A stretch of 64,000 nucleotides of DNA from assembly GCA_027604505.1 (NCBI GenBank), contig JADIIX010000002.1, positions 1 through 64,000 on the forward strand, in the 5' to 3' direction. The position numbers and the translations under genes were made by a program. Below are positions 26,939-38,986 of this stretch, in pieces. This DNA is from Gonapodya sp. JEL0774 (Eukaryota). Under the pieces are notes generated by a model that was not told the origin of the DNA, searched no databases, and saw nothing but the letters and a program-made list of their open reading frames with translations. Positions within the stretch are counted from its first letter, which is position 1. Each line of letters starts with the position of its first letter.

Positions 26939-28803
26939 GACTGTCTAATTTTTGGTGCTGTGGTAACAAGAGCTACATAAGGTTTAAAGACAGCAGCCGG
27001 GGACATTGAAGGTGGAGGGCAAGGCCATTCGCGAAGGGTAAAACAAATGGATTGGACGCATCTTATAAGATTGGGAATGTCACGATTCATCGGCAACGGG
27101 AAACTACGAACCCAAGGTTAACGTTCGGTTTGAGCTGTCGGAATCACCGATGTAATAAGCGAGAGCTGAAGACTCCTTGCTCCCAGAAGATGGAAAGAAC
27201 CGATTTCTCTGCTTGGATTTCGCCGCGGCGTTGGAGTGGAATTCAGCGGACTCTGATGGCAAAAAGTGTCTGGTGGGTTTGTTTTATCAACTGTCAAGCG
27301 GGCCATGATTAGGAGTCACCGAAGTCCTCACATTTCAGTGTGGCACAGCACCGATAAGATCGTGGGAAGAGACGGTTCATGCACAAGCTTCCTACATATA
27401 ACAAGAGTTCGTGATGAACTTCTTTCCGATGCCTCATTCACATCCAATCCTTCATCTATCGCTTTTGACTTTTGTTATTGTGTATGTACAAGACAGCAAA
27501 CCCCCGCCATTCTTTCAAGCGGAGATGAAAATCAGGTACAACCCTCGATGCCTATGTATCCCCAAATAGTGGGAAGGGGGGGTAATGAAGTGGAAAGATA
27601 ATGGGGAAAGACAGGGAAAGACTCTTTCACTGTCTCCGCCGGACACCAGACACTATTTTTTTCGGCGGTTTCCCGGTCTTTTCGCTCGGCAGCCCACTTC
27701 GCTTTCGAAGTGCCGGATCATTACTTGTAAATGGACGCTCCCAGAAGAAAGTGAAACAAGCGCAGTTTTCCAAGTGCTCCCCACGGATATCTTTTCCGGC
27801 GGCCAAGGCTGGCTAAATGCTGTGAAAGGTCTTTGCTTGCCTAGGATGCGTGAAGTGAGTACCGAATACCAACGATTGTCTGTTGTGAAACTAGCATATC
27901 GTGTAACACTCACTTTGCTCACTTCATTATTCAAACACAACAATTCGGGAAAGCCCGCATGCTTAGAATCGCTGAAAATTCGTCCATATTGGATGGTACT
28001 TTGGGTAATATCATCGCCAGATATAAGGAAGTTGAGTGCTGTTCGTCGCATCGTTGAGTATCACGAGGTGAGTGAGCTCCAACGAAGATCATTTAGATTT
28101 CTAGTCGATCCTGAAGCAATGTTTGATATCCCAGCAAAGGAAAAGGATAGGGGGCGAAAGAAAAGGAGAGAAGTGAAAGTGAAGGGGAGGGAAAAATGCT
28201 AGTGCACTGTCAAACAACAACTTTCGCAGGGTATCTACCAAGCTTCCAGCGCTTTGTTGTGCCACTACACACTTCTTGGTGATTTTGATCTGGACACGAT
28301 CGAGAGGAGCCCCGTGAGAAAGTGTTCAGATGCGATACACCGGCGCACTCTACTGTATTTGTAGTTCGATTTGACGGTGCTCTGAGAAGAAGTTTGCGTC
28401 TCGTTTATCAGCTATCATGTAGTTTCGGTATCAGCAAATGAATCCGAACCAACCAAATCAAGGCGAGAGCTGGTGGTGGACCTGAACTGAGAGATGAGGG
28501 GGGTTGTGTAGTGCGGGTCGCACTACACTGTATGCATCTATCGATCTACATACTACATCTCGTCTATCTCGCTCCATTTCTATCTGGTGCCAATCCACCA
28601 CAAGCTGTTTGAGAGTCTGCACTGCTTCGAGACCAGACCCGTCGCTCAAGACCAGTAACGGAGAGGGGGGAGGAGTTCTGTCGTGGGATTGACGAGTTCG
28701 ATTTCCAGCTCTTCTTTAATATTGAGGTTTATGCGGCTTATCGACTAAGACCCATTGTATTCATACTATTACGGATCAAATAAAAAACTTTCATTTTCCC
28801 AAT

Positions 28804-28921
28804 AACTACGGCCATATGCACGGAAAAGTGCCGCTTCCCGTCCAATCAGCGTAGCGAAGCCCGTGACGGCCCAGTCAGTACTGGCGTGAGAGATCAGCTG
28901 GGAATACTGGGTGTTGTAATT
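28804..28921 (+). rRNA. 5S rRNA gene (dispersed copy, slightly divergent)
   Basis: 118 nt: AACTACGGCCATATGCACGG..CTTCCCGTCCAATCAGCG..AAGCCCGTGACGGCCCAGTCAGTACTGGCGTGAGAGATCAGCTGGGAATACTGGGTGTTGTAATT. The 5' and 3' ends pair, a T-rich Pol III terminator follows, and an AT-rich element lies ~25 nt upstream. Confidence 0.9.
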
Positions 28922-29177
28922 TTGTTTTACTGTCCCTCGCAAAGAGGGGGGAAGAAGATATTGAACGAGCCTTTGCGTTCCATTTAAAAAGTATAAAAAA
29001 TTTCGTGCTGGTTTCTAATTGGCTCAGAACTGTCGTGACGGATCAGTGAAGGTGTGCTGGTAGGAGATAGCTACATCACCCGGACGAAAGTTGGAATCGT
29101 TATATATCTTATGCAAGATCATCTGCTATTGCGAGGAAACAATAATTTGTATTGTCTCTTAGCTATTATCCTTGGGT

Positions 29178-30758
29178 TCAAGAAAACATTGATGAGAACT
29201 TTTCCGTCTCCTGTTGCGTTATTGACGTCAATGTTTTGTCGACACCTGCGATAATCCCATCGAGCGATGATTTCTCGGCCCAAGGTGTAGCATCCCTCAA
29301 ACTCAACAACATGGCTCTACTCTTCATCAATGCCAACTCCTGCGGAGTTTTGAATGCCGAGTAGTCCTCCAAATCATTCCATGCGTCAATAACGGACTGT
29401 GATGGAGGTAACACAAGTGGTTTTCGTACATCAAAAATGTGTGGTAGATGTGGCCGCTGTGAGGCAAAGTAACCTTGAATCTGGAGATCGAAGGCTTTGG
29501 CGTGGTGTGGTGTTTGCTTACTTCACCAAGGGTCTGTCGTGGATCCAGACCTGATCTTTCAAAGAAATCATAAACACACGCATCTGCAGTCATCTTCAGA
29601 GTGGAGAGAGCTTGTGCGCGAGACAGAGCAGTCATTTGAAGAGTTCGCTCCTCCCCAAGCCAAAAGAATTCCCACGTCTCCACACAATCAGTAAGGACAA
29701 CAAGCCCATGGAATTGTTGCGGAGAATCATGGAAGAGTAGCAGTTCCGCGATAGCCTGGTGGGTCTCTTTTGCAGACAATGTCTTCGGTTTTTTGATTGC
29801 GACGAACGCAAACCGCTTTCGCGAAACACGAAACTCAATATCTGGGGACCCAGTAAGTAGTATCTGGAAACAACTCAAATATCATCGTTCTCATGACACA
29901 GCCGGGAGAAATCACCCACATTTGCTTCGCTTAGTAAAATAGACAGAGGTTTTGTGTGCACATCTTCCACCACGCACCTATTGTGAAGTCTCAAATGACG
30001 CTTGAAATATTCCACGATATCTCCTATCCTATCATTTTCTCTGTCAGAATCTCTCCATCCAAATTCTGGAACAATCTCCATTTCAGGTAATGTCTCAAAG
30101 ATATCGTTCACAACCTAATGACAATAAGGCAACAGAGACATCTAAGTTTCAGAAACAATACTAGCATGTCATCTCACCTCTATACTGCTTAGTTGCATGT
30201 CAATTGCAATCTTTTGAAAAGTTGAGTTCGAAATTTCAGAGGCCTTTTGCTCCTTCAAATCCTTCGTCTTCAGGCGCTTGCGGGCGTGTTCAACGATTTC
30301 CGTTGCTGTGTTTTCCATTACTTCCTTTACAGCGCCCATCAATGATTTGATCGTCTCGGTTCCTATCACGGGCGAATCTCGAGCTACGAAGGTTGATTTC
30401 GGATTATCAAAGACTCCCATCAAGCAGGTGACTCAATCAAACCTTGCGGTCGACGAACAACGACGTGGATGTGCTCTTCCGTGAGGACGTTGGAGAAATA
30501 AAAGCCGACTCTTTTGAAGGGCTCCATTAGGTCCTCTTTCTTCAAGGTCTTTTCCTTGATGGAAGCCCTTCCAGTGTATGGCACGTTCACTTTCCAGAGA
30601 TTCAGGGTGGAAGCGTCTACACTTGAAAGCAAAACGGAGAGTTCTGCCTTGATGGCTTTCCTGAGAGAGTCCACCGACGCAGACGGTGCGACAGAAACTT
30701 CAAAGGCCACGTCATCGTCAAGCAGGAGACATCCGAGGGTGATCATACCGGCTGACAT
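29178..30758 (-). CDS. Crinkler (CRN/CR) effector-family protein: ubiquitin-like N-terminal domain + REase-like C-terminal domain
   Basis: N-terminus ITLGCLLLDDDVAFEVSV..VDSLRKAIK..DASTLNLWKV..EEHIHVVVRRP is a CRN header. C-terminus LTGSPDIEF..FVAIKK..QAIAELL..VVLTD..WEFFWL. About 5 exons, ending ..SSMFS*. Confidence 0.85.
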
Positions 30759-31218
30759 GCTGGAATTTCAAAAGTGCCCAAGAATTTACCCGACAACTCC
30801 AAGCTCGCGCGTCGAAATATTCTGCCGGACATCCATTTTCATTAACCACTTAAACAAACGTATTAGTTTGATAAGCTATTAGTTCATCCTATTATTTTCG
30901 ATCTTTTCTTCGACTCAATCATGTAACATATTTCGGTGTGCGCCGGCTACATTTCGACCACCACGCCCCGACTGAGGCCACAAGGGATGATGGGCAAACA
31001 TGGAAATACACGGAAACTATTGTCATGAGATTGAGCACTCCCAGGGTCTTCTTTTCTAAACACGTTATTTTTGCGATGGACCACGTGCTTGACCTGGTAC
31101 GTCCGTTCAATGCATCACAATATATTTGGAGTGGCGTCTTCGTGCCGCGTTAGAGTGAACGCTATCGGGCTGTATAATATTGCATTTGCATCATCTATCA
31201 AATTTCGGGGATGAATAC

Positions 31219-31269
31219 AACTATTCATATGCACGGAAATGTGCCGTCTCCCGTCCGAACAGGATACTG
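31219..31269 (+). pseudogene. Truncated/internally deleted 5S rRNA fragment
   Basis: AACTATTCATATGCACGGAAATGTGCCGTCTCCCGTCCGAACAG-GATACTG matches the 5' ~45 nt of the 28804 copy plus a piece of its 3' GAATACTG. Confidence 0.75.
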
Positions 31270-31749
31270 AAATGCACAATTGTCATGTGTTATGGGGGAT
31301 TGTCATGAACTTTCAGGCCCTTTTCTTCGTGGACCAAAGCCCCGATCATAGTCAACCAAAGCATCCAAAGCATCCAAATTTGTCGGACACTGCTCATCTC
31401 AAATACGGATAAATATACAAAAGCCTATCATTCATCTCACATCCCAAAACAATTTTGCCGAATTTATGGTGTACTGCCGGATCGCACACAAATCACTCAT
31501 CGTCACTGGATGAATTTACTCAAAAATCTCTCATCACATATTGTCAGCGTTTACCACGTTATGGTATTCTCACAGATGCCACGTGACCAAAGACCAATGT
31601 GGCTAAACCATGTTGTACAAAAACAACATTGCTTGGAAAACACCGTGATTACAGGCATCTCATACTGCTTGCGCAAGTTACAGAACATATCCACTGTAAT
31701 CCTCACAGACTTTTCTGCCTCACACAGATATATAATGCAATTATATACC

Positions 31750-32491
31750 ATTTACCCTTCACTGGAAGATCTCAGTGCTTTCTCGAACACATTCCATGTC
31801 ATCAATTCTGCAAAAATCTTCGACTACAACATTGACTTCGTTCCACCCTGGCACAGTGTCACAATCTTATACGTCCAACTTCAGCTCCAAGTACGGGTAC
31901 TATGAGATATTCAGAGTCAACGCTGCGAGTCGCCAAAGAGAGGACTTTAATGCCCTCAAATTTCGTTTGCTGGTTTTGGAAAGAACTCGGTGGTCGACAT
32001 CAGTGGCACTACCCCAATAAGAAACGTCATGACCGTCGCCACCACCTTCTGCCAGTTCAGGGGATCGTCGAGCAATCCACAAACCAGAAACACAACTCCT
32101 GCCACAAACTGCACCATCCGCCCCAACAACTCCCACTTCGAAGCATAATTCCACCCAATCCTCCACAGCTTGAACTCCCTAAAAACCCGCCGCGCCGGCG
32201 CACTGAGCTGGTTTGTCTGGTGCGCCGACAGCTGGATGGCCACGCCCTCGTCACGGTGGGCCTTGGCCAGGGCCTCGAGCTCTTCGGGCTTTGCGGGGTT
32301 GACTTTTTCGGGTGGTGGTGGGCCGGCGGTGGGGTTGGAGTGGATTCCTGGAAGGGGGGGGTTGTATGCCGCCATCTGTGGGTCATCAAGAGGTGAGTGT
32401 GCAAGTGGACAACGCAAAGTGGATGGAAATTTAAGTTAATTACCGGTGAGTGGGTGGGAGAGCCGGCATTGGTTGGTGCCGGGATCATCAT
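31750..32491 (-). pseudogene. Small two-TM membrane protein gene, 3' part disrupted
   Basis: ORF 32417-31956 has two hydrophobic helices. A coding-like continuation in another frame (LRALKSSLWRLAALTL..) is interrupted by several stops. Confidence 0.35.
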
Positions 32492-32958
32492 GGCAGCTAA
32501 GGGAGAGTGAATCACCACCTGTTTCAATTTCACTTTATGTAGTATTTGGGAAAGAATGCAGCGGTAGTGATTGCGCTGATGGATGGAGATGTTCGATTGG
32601 TTTCGATCTGCCAACAGTGGTCGCACATATTACGCTGATAATCACCATCTCGCTGCACTTGTTTCGGAGCCATACGCGCACGCAAGTTCCTCAGTTCATT
32701 CTGACAGAAGATTCAGACCATCCTTGCAGTTTAGGTAATGGCGTTTGGTTCTTTACCGGCGTGAGGCTCTGAATGCCAGAAGTCATGGAGCCCTCGCCCA
32801 TATCGAGGGTCAAATACTTGGAACGTACCGCGCTCCAGGTCCATAGCAGTGTTCGAGACTCCCGGTGGCAGCGAGAGTATATTAATGTCTCGAATATGTA
32901 TTACTCTTGCGAATCAGTAAACACGTTTTATTATCCAAGGTAACATTCATGCCCCCAG

Positions 32959-33538
32959 GATCTCCACGATGTTCTCGACTCAATCACTTCTTTCATAGCC
33001 GGGTTGAAGAAGAATGGAAAGGCTTCAGTAACTTACACCTCGGAGGCAGCCTCCAAAAGGGCAGGATATGCGGAGCAGATCAAGGTGAGCTAGCAGCACA
33101 AGCGCGTGTCTGAGGCCTCACACCACGATATAAAATCCACTGCTTCTTCCGATCTTCCATAGGTAATACTGTTTGCGCATCTGGCTATAGAGGAGACGCA
33201 GCTGTTTTGCGAGCTGGAAGTCCGCCGACTTTTCACCGCGGAAGAAGCGCAGGATGTGAAGAAGGCAGGTGTTCATAATCGACCAATGTCCAATTTTAAA
33301 CTGTTCGCTAATTCTTAAAGCCCGATTTTAGGCTCTACACGTCCAACTTGCATCCGAAGATCCTTTTACATCACTTCCATTCTTCATTTACCATCTCAGT
33401 GCCGCCGACCGAGTCTGGGCGGTGATCAACGACTTGCCGTGGATCGTCGCTAAAGTGCCCTTGCCATACGTGTTTTCGAGGAGGTGGAGGGGAGCATGGA
33501 CGTTTGCAACGGAGTGGGGAACTTCAGGGAAGATTTGA
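32959..33538 (+). pseudogene. Hemerythrin-like (HHE) domain protein, 3' exons; 5' part not found
   Basis: Spliced reading: DLHDVLDSI..EQIK|VILFAHLAIEETQL..FTAEEAQDVKKA|..LPFFIYHL..LPWIVAKVPLPYVFSRRWRGAWTFA. HLxxEE motif, canonical splice sites. Confidence 0.45.
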
Positions 33539-34005
33539 TGGGGACGTGACGACGAGATGGGTTACTGCATTGCATTGCATGTGGGGACACCCAAAAAATC
33601 GTGTGCATGTTGTAGAACGATGGCAGCCAAAAATCATTTGCATGTTGTACAACGATTATAGAACAGTGAATAGAGACATTGTGCATTCTGAAACACTAGT
33701 TGTTGCTTATAGTCGAGACGATGAGGGAACTACATAATACAGACATGAAGAGGGTAAGGGCGAAGGGGGATGTTATGGCACACGCGGATGATGTGAACTG
33801 GAAAGATACTAGTCATTGCGAGTCCATCCTCACTAGCTCTATGACATCGGCGCGAGCGTAATCATGCATCAGTATGATGTGGATGGACGGAGCGCTAAAA
33901 GAGGAAATTATACAAGGATATCAATATATTATGCAGCAATATCTCTATTCAAGGTCATGAGGCAACTTTCCAATTCAGTCCAACGAGCAGTCCCATTCGA
34001 AAACC

Positions 34006-35157
34006 ATGCGAGCACACGTGATCGCTCTACTAGCATGTCTGGTCGTGATGGCGGCTGTGGCAGCACCGGCCGGGTCTGCGACGACAACCTTGGCGAAAAC
34101 CACCAGCCGAACCATCTCTGGCGTCCGATCGACGACTCGTGCGACTTCTTCAACGCCATCACCGTCACCTGTCCCGTGAGTTGTTATCCGCGCAGATACC
34201 TGGATATCGAATGGCTTACTGTCGTCATTTGGACTCAGAGGCGCGGGCAAGAAGTGTGTTTCCCCACCTCGAACCCAGCTCACCATCATGAGCTTCAACA
34301 TATACGACGGAGGATCAAGCTTGAAGAAAACTGCCGAAGCCATACGGGCAGTTGGAGCTGACATCGTTGGTCTCCAAGAGGTCCACGCGGAAGGTGATCC
34401 GTGTACGGCCGACATTTGCGATCCGGCAAACGACACGAGCGTCGCCAAGCCCATAGCGGATCTTGTTGGGTTCAAATACGTTTACGAACAGAAGAAATAC
34501 AACGAGGCAATCTGGGCCAACGCGATTATCAGCAGGTTTCCCCTGTGCGATCCCACGCCGAACGACCTAGGTGTCAAGGTGCTGGTGGACGGGCGCAAGG
34601 TGTGGGCGTTTAACCTGCATCTGGACGATGCGCCATACCAGCCATACCAGGCACTCGGTATTGAGTATGGAGACTGGCCATACACCAACAAAACAGACGA
34701 GTTGATATGTTGGGCGACCACGACCAGAGGAGGGGCGATCAAGTTGCTCGAAAACGACTTGCGGAGCGTCGCAGCGGATGCTGATGCTGTGCTACTGTTT
34801 GGCGACTTTAACGAGCCAAGTCACTTGGATTGGACGGAGCCTGCGGTCAAAGCTGGGCTCCAGCCACTCGTGGTACAGTACCCAACTTCAAGGGCCATGA
34901 ATTCACTAGGTTTCGTTGACACATTCCGAGCAAAGTTTCCTGACGTCGTGGCTAAACCTGGGATCACATATACCCCGGACACGGAGCCAACAGATCCGAC
35001 AGACCATCACGATCGCATTGACTTCGCCTACGTCAAATCAAAAACACTCATCGTGCATGATGCTGGAGTGGTGGGCGAAAAGAAGCCAGACGCAGATGTT
35101 GTTGTGACGCCGTGGCCCTCGGATCATCGGTCGGTGTTTGCGCGCATCAGCTTTTGA
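34006..35157 (+). CDS. Secreted endonuclease/exonuclease/phosphatase (EEP) family protein
   Basis: Signal peptide MRAHVIALLACLVVMAAVAAP, Thr/Ser linker and one intron (~34175-34238). Catalytic exon with MSFNI, GLQE, GDFNEPSHLDW, DRIDF and WPSDHR. Confidence 0.9.
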
Positions 35158-35723
35158 TGAATCAATCGCGTTGGTCGGCCCCAGGTTTGGGGAACTCTGT
35201 CAATCTTCGAGAGGTTGGAGGAGCGGAACTTACATTATGACGACAATCACACTTCAAAGCTCCTATGAATGTCTTGTATCTTTACTAGAGGGCTTATTTT
35301 ACGCTCGTTGAGGCATGCGGTGTTCACTGAACAAAATCTCCGAGCGTGAGAGAAAGTCTTCCGGATATCCGCACATCGGCAATAAAGCTTTAAGCTCCAC
35401 TCAATCCTCTTATTGTGAACCCTCATACGTCACAGAGGGCGGTGTTCAGAGGGGAAGTGTAAACCCCTTATATAACACACAATACCAGCTTCTGTCCACC
35501 CACTCCGCGGCATACATTAATTAGTGAAGTGTCTGCTCATAGAGAATAAGGTGCAGTGCGGATAGAATCAGAAACATCAATTGAACTCTGAAATTTTATG
35601 TAAACGTGGGAAAGCTGTTTTGAAGGTAAACACGGACCACGGGCAGCCACTTTGGGCGCAGGCCGCCGTCCATCACCCCATTTTCTCCCTTTGTTTTCGG
35701 TGTCCCCCACACTCCGACATCCG

Positions 35724-38700
35724 ATGATTACCCGACCAGCGATGCGAATCAAGACAGCGCTCATCGCAATCGCCGCCGCCGTCGCCATTTCCACCGCTCC
35801 CGCTGACGCCCAGGGTGCGTCGAATCGTCCTGTTAATTGTTCGATGTCGGAACCCTCATTGCTTTTTTTGGCCGAAAAACCTTAATTTTGGTGAACTATC
35901 GCGACGGAAACAGGATCGTGCTATTCCTACTCGGGCGTTTGCAGTGCGGTTCTCGGCCAGGGCTACTCCACATATCAGACCTCTGCTGATGCTTTTGCCC
36001 TGAATCAAAAGAACAGCAGTTTTGCTCTGGATCAGGTCTCAATCATTAAATCATTGAGCCCGGACTGTTACAACCTGTACCTCAACTACACGTGCTCGTT
36101 GTATTTCCCTAAATGCGTCTCAAGTGAGTGAGAAAGTGTGATTGAGATCGGACCTCTTGCATCGGAGAATGCTGGCGGTGATCCATACTCACCATCTCCG
36201 ACATTATTTGCAGGCCAACCCGAGTATCAGTGCAAGTCGCTTTGCTCTGCCACACTGAAAGCGTGCACGAGCATTTTTACGTGAGTCTATCCTTGTCCTC
36301 TCGGGCGAGTCTCAATCACCAGTTCTGGCGGTGAAATATCAGAAAGTTGTTTCAGCAGCGACAGAGGGCTCAAGTGATCCAGCTTGTATGCAGTTTAAAG
36401 CGCATTCAGGAAGAACTGGCGTCGCGATTGTTGTCAGGATGGTTGCAAGTCGGGACCAACAATGCCCTTGAGCCAATCGGCCATTCCGTTCATTGAACGT
36501 GTTACACAAAATGAATCTTCTTCTGGGAGGAGGAATATTTGCCTTCATACTGAGCAACGTCACACGCTTCACACACCCAATGTGATCCTGCTGACACCTT
36601 CCCCACACCTTCCCCGCATCTCTGAAATCAAAGTCTCGGTGGCTACGCAAACACCCTCCCCAACTGTGTCACTCTTGCCTATCCCGCTCCCGCAAATACT
36701 CCATACCCCGCGGACAACGCCCCATGTCTCGACCCAAAGCTGGAGAACGTCACCGTGTCGTCAACCTCAAGTTCGTGTTTTGTTCAATCAAGATCCCGAT
36801 TTTCCGACGCTGAACCATGTTGCTCGTTGATTTTGGTGCTCTTCAGCAAACGGGACGCTCACCCCTGCGGCCCCGCCCACATCCTCGGCCCAGTCGTGTC
36901 CTCCACCTCTCATTCCCAACCCTTTCAACGACACTTTGAATCCGCCCGCGACATGCCCTGGAGGCCTTGTGAGTCTTCAATTGTGTTGGTGCTACTTGGA
37001 AGAGAATTGGAGCGGTGATCGCTGACATCGGCGTGCGAACAACTCCTTCAGTGTTGCTTCCCTTGCCCTATCTACCACGCGCTCCTCCCTCCCAACCCTC
37101 CGGTTTCTTACTACGAGAAAATTATCATGGTTATTGACCTTTTGGGTACGTTCCAACCCTCCCGCCCCAGAAGCAGCCCCGCTATATCACATCCTCATTG
37201 AGTCCCTCCGGACCGTCCATTTGAACTCACTCAGGCACCCCCCTCCTCATCATCACTTTCATCCTCGTCGCGACTCGTCCCCATGCCTTCAAAGAGTCCC
37301 GCTACATCACCATTCTTTTCTCCATCATCAACAACATTCTCCTCATCGGCATCGCCGGAGTCCTCCTCGCCAACGGGCCTGAAAAATATATGTGTGATAG
37401 CCCTGTTGCCGACAGTGTGAACAACCGGCTGTGCACGTTGCAAGGTGCGTGTCAAGGTGTGCCTTTGCATCGATAGAGGATCGTGTTGATTGACTTCTGT
37501 CCGTGACCTTTCGCAGGTGTCAGCTACAACCTGTTCGCTCTTGCGTTCGCAATGTCCGAGGCCCTGTTCAACATCAATCTCTTTGCGGTGAGTCCAGTTA
37601 CCCCCCTCCCCATGTACCAGCACCTGCCAGTCGTTTGAAACGTTACTTCGTGATCACCGCAGACGCTCTTCTTCCTTCGCGATCCCATCCCTTACAAACG
37701 CGTTTACGTCATCTGCATCATTTTTTGGATCCTGTCGGCGGTGTTGATCGGGTACCCGTATGCAAAGAGCGGTTCTGTGGTGAGTTTCAGGAGACGGGGT
37801 TGGCCTTGAGTGCGAGTTGATTCAGAAACTCGGACCGACCTTTATGTTACTCCTGTACCCCACTTAACTACCACCCCAGCACAACTTTGGCTCGTACTGC
37901 TCTCCTGGAGATCTGTCCTTGTACAGGTGAGAGAGCGAAAGTCGTCCTGGCACGATCACGTCACAATCTGATACGATTTCCCGACCTCTTCGTTGCGCTT
38001 TCTCCACCTTTTAGGATCATGGGCATATACCCGCTCGTGGTCGCTGTGCTGATATCGATCGTGCTCGGGTTTGGCAACGTTGCATTCGTCCTCAAGGTAC
38101 CAACACTGGATTTGTTGTTCTATCTGTTCATAGAATCTCACCATCGCGCCTCCTTTTTTGAATTAAGATGTACATCGACATCCTCCGTGGCGACAAGCGC
38201 TACGAAGTGAGCTCGCGCACTGACGATAAGAGATCAGGCAGCAGCTCGCCCCTCCCTCCAGGATACACCGGAAACCCCCGCATGGACACATTTTTGCTGG
38301 GGTGGAGGCCGGCGATCCTGTCACTGTTTGTTGCCGTCGGGTTTTTGGTGTTTGTGGTGAGTTGATGGAGGTGGTGTGTGATTCGGCAGCACGTGGAATA
38401 CCGATTGCCCACTCCTCACCTTCCCCTCCCGCCTCCCTTTCCACCCTTATCACACCAGATCTGGTGGTTCACCGACGCCGAACCCAAACTCTTCGCCGTC
38501 ACCACCGGTGGCAACCTTGCCGCGAGCGCCACGGACTGGGGTAACGAGTGGCTCAAGTGCATCTACGCCAACGCACCCAACGGGCACGACCTGTGCTCCT
38601 ACATCCCCAAGCAGCACGTGCCTTCAGAAACGTGGACTGAGACGACGGAGATCATGGCGGCGGTGGGTTTGCAGGAGTAGGGGAGGGGGAGGGGCAGTCT

Positions 38701-38986
38701 TGAGTGTGGGGGACGCGCACTCACCGTTTTCGCTGGCTCGTTCTTGTCGCCCACTTTCCCCCACACCGACATTTTTCCCTTCCCTCAGGCTACCGGAATC
38801 TTCTACTTCATCGCCCTCGGCACTAACCCTGCGGACTGGCGACGGGTGGTCGGGTACCTCAGCGGTCGCCGACCGACCCTGACCTCTGCGGGCACCACGG
38901 CGTCCAAGGAGCCCTTGACGGGTGAAGTGGAAGGTTCTGATGCGTCGCTCGTGAGCACTGCGGAGGCGGACGAGGCAGGCAGGTGA
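35724..38986 (+). CDS. Frizzled/Smoothened-like (class F-like) 7TM receptor with N-terminal cysteine-rich (Fz) domain
   Basis: Signal peptide. CRD: GSCYSYSGVCSAVL..SPDCYNLYLNYTCSLYFPKC..YQCKSLCSATLKACTSIF. Linker CCFPCPIY. Multiple TM exons. ECL1 KYMCDS..NRLCTLQG, ECL3 WGNEWLKCIY..HDLCS, TM7 GIFYFIALGT..DWRR. About 12 introns. Confidence 0.75.

Noticed and set aside
27585..28700. 205-aa + ORF and short minus-strand coding-like fragments
   Set aside because: No recognisable motif or consistent splice model. Possibly a gene relic, but I cannot support a call.
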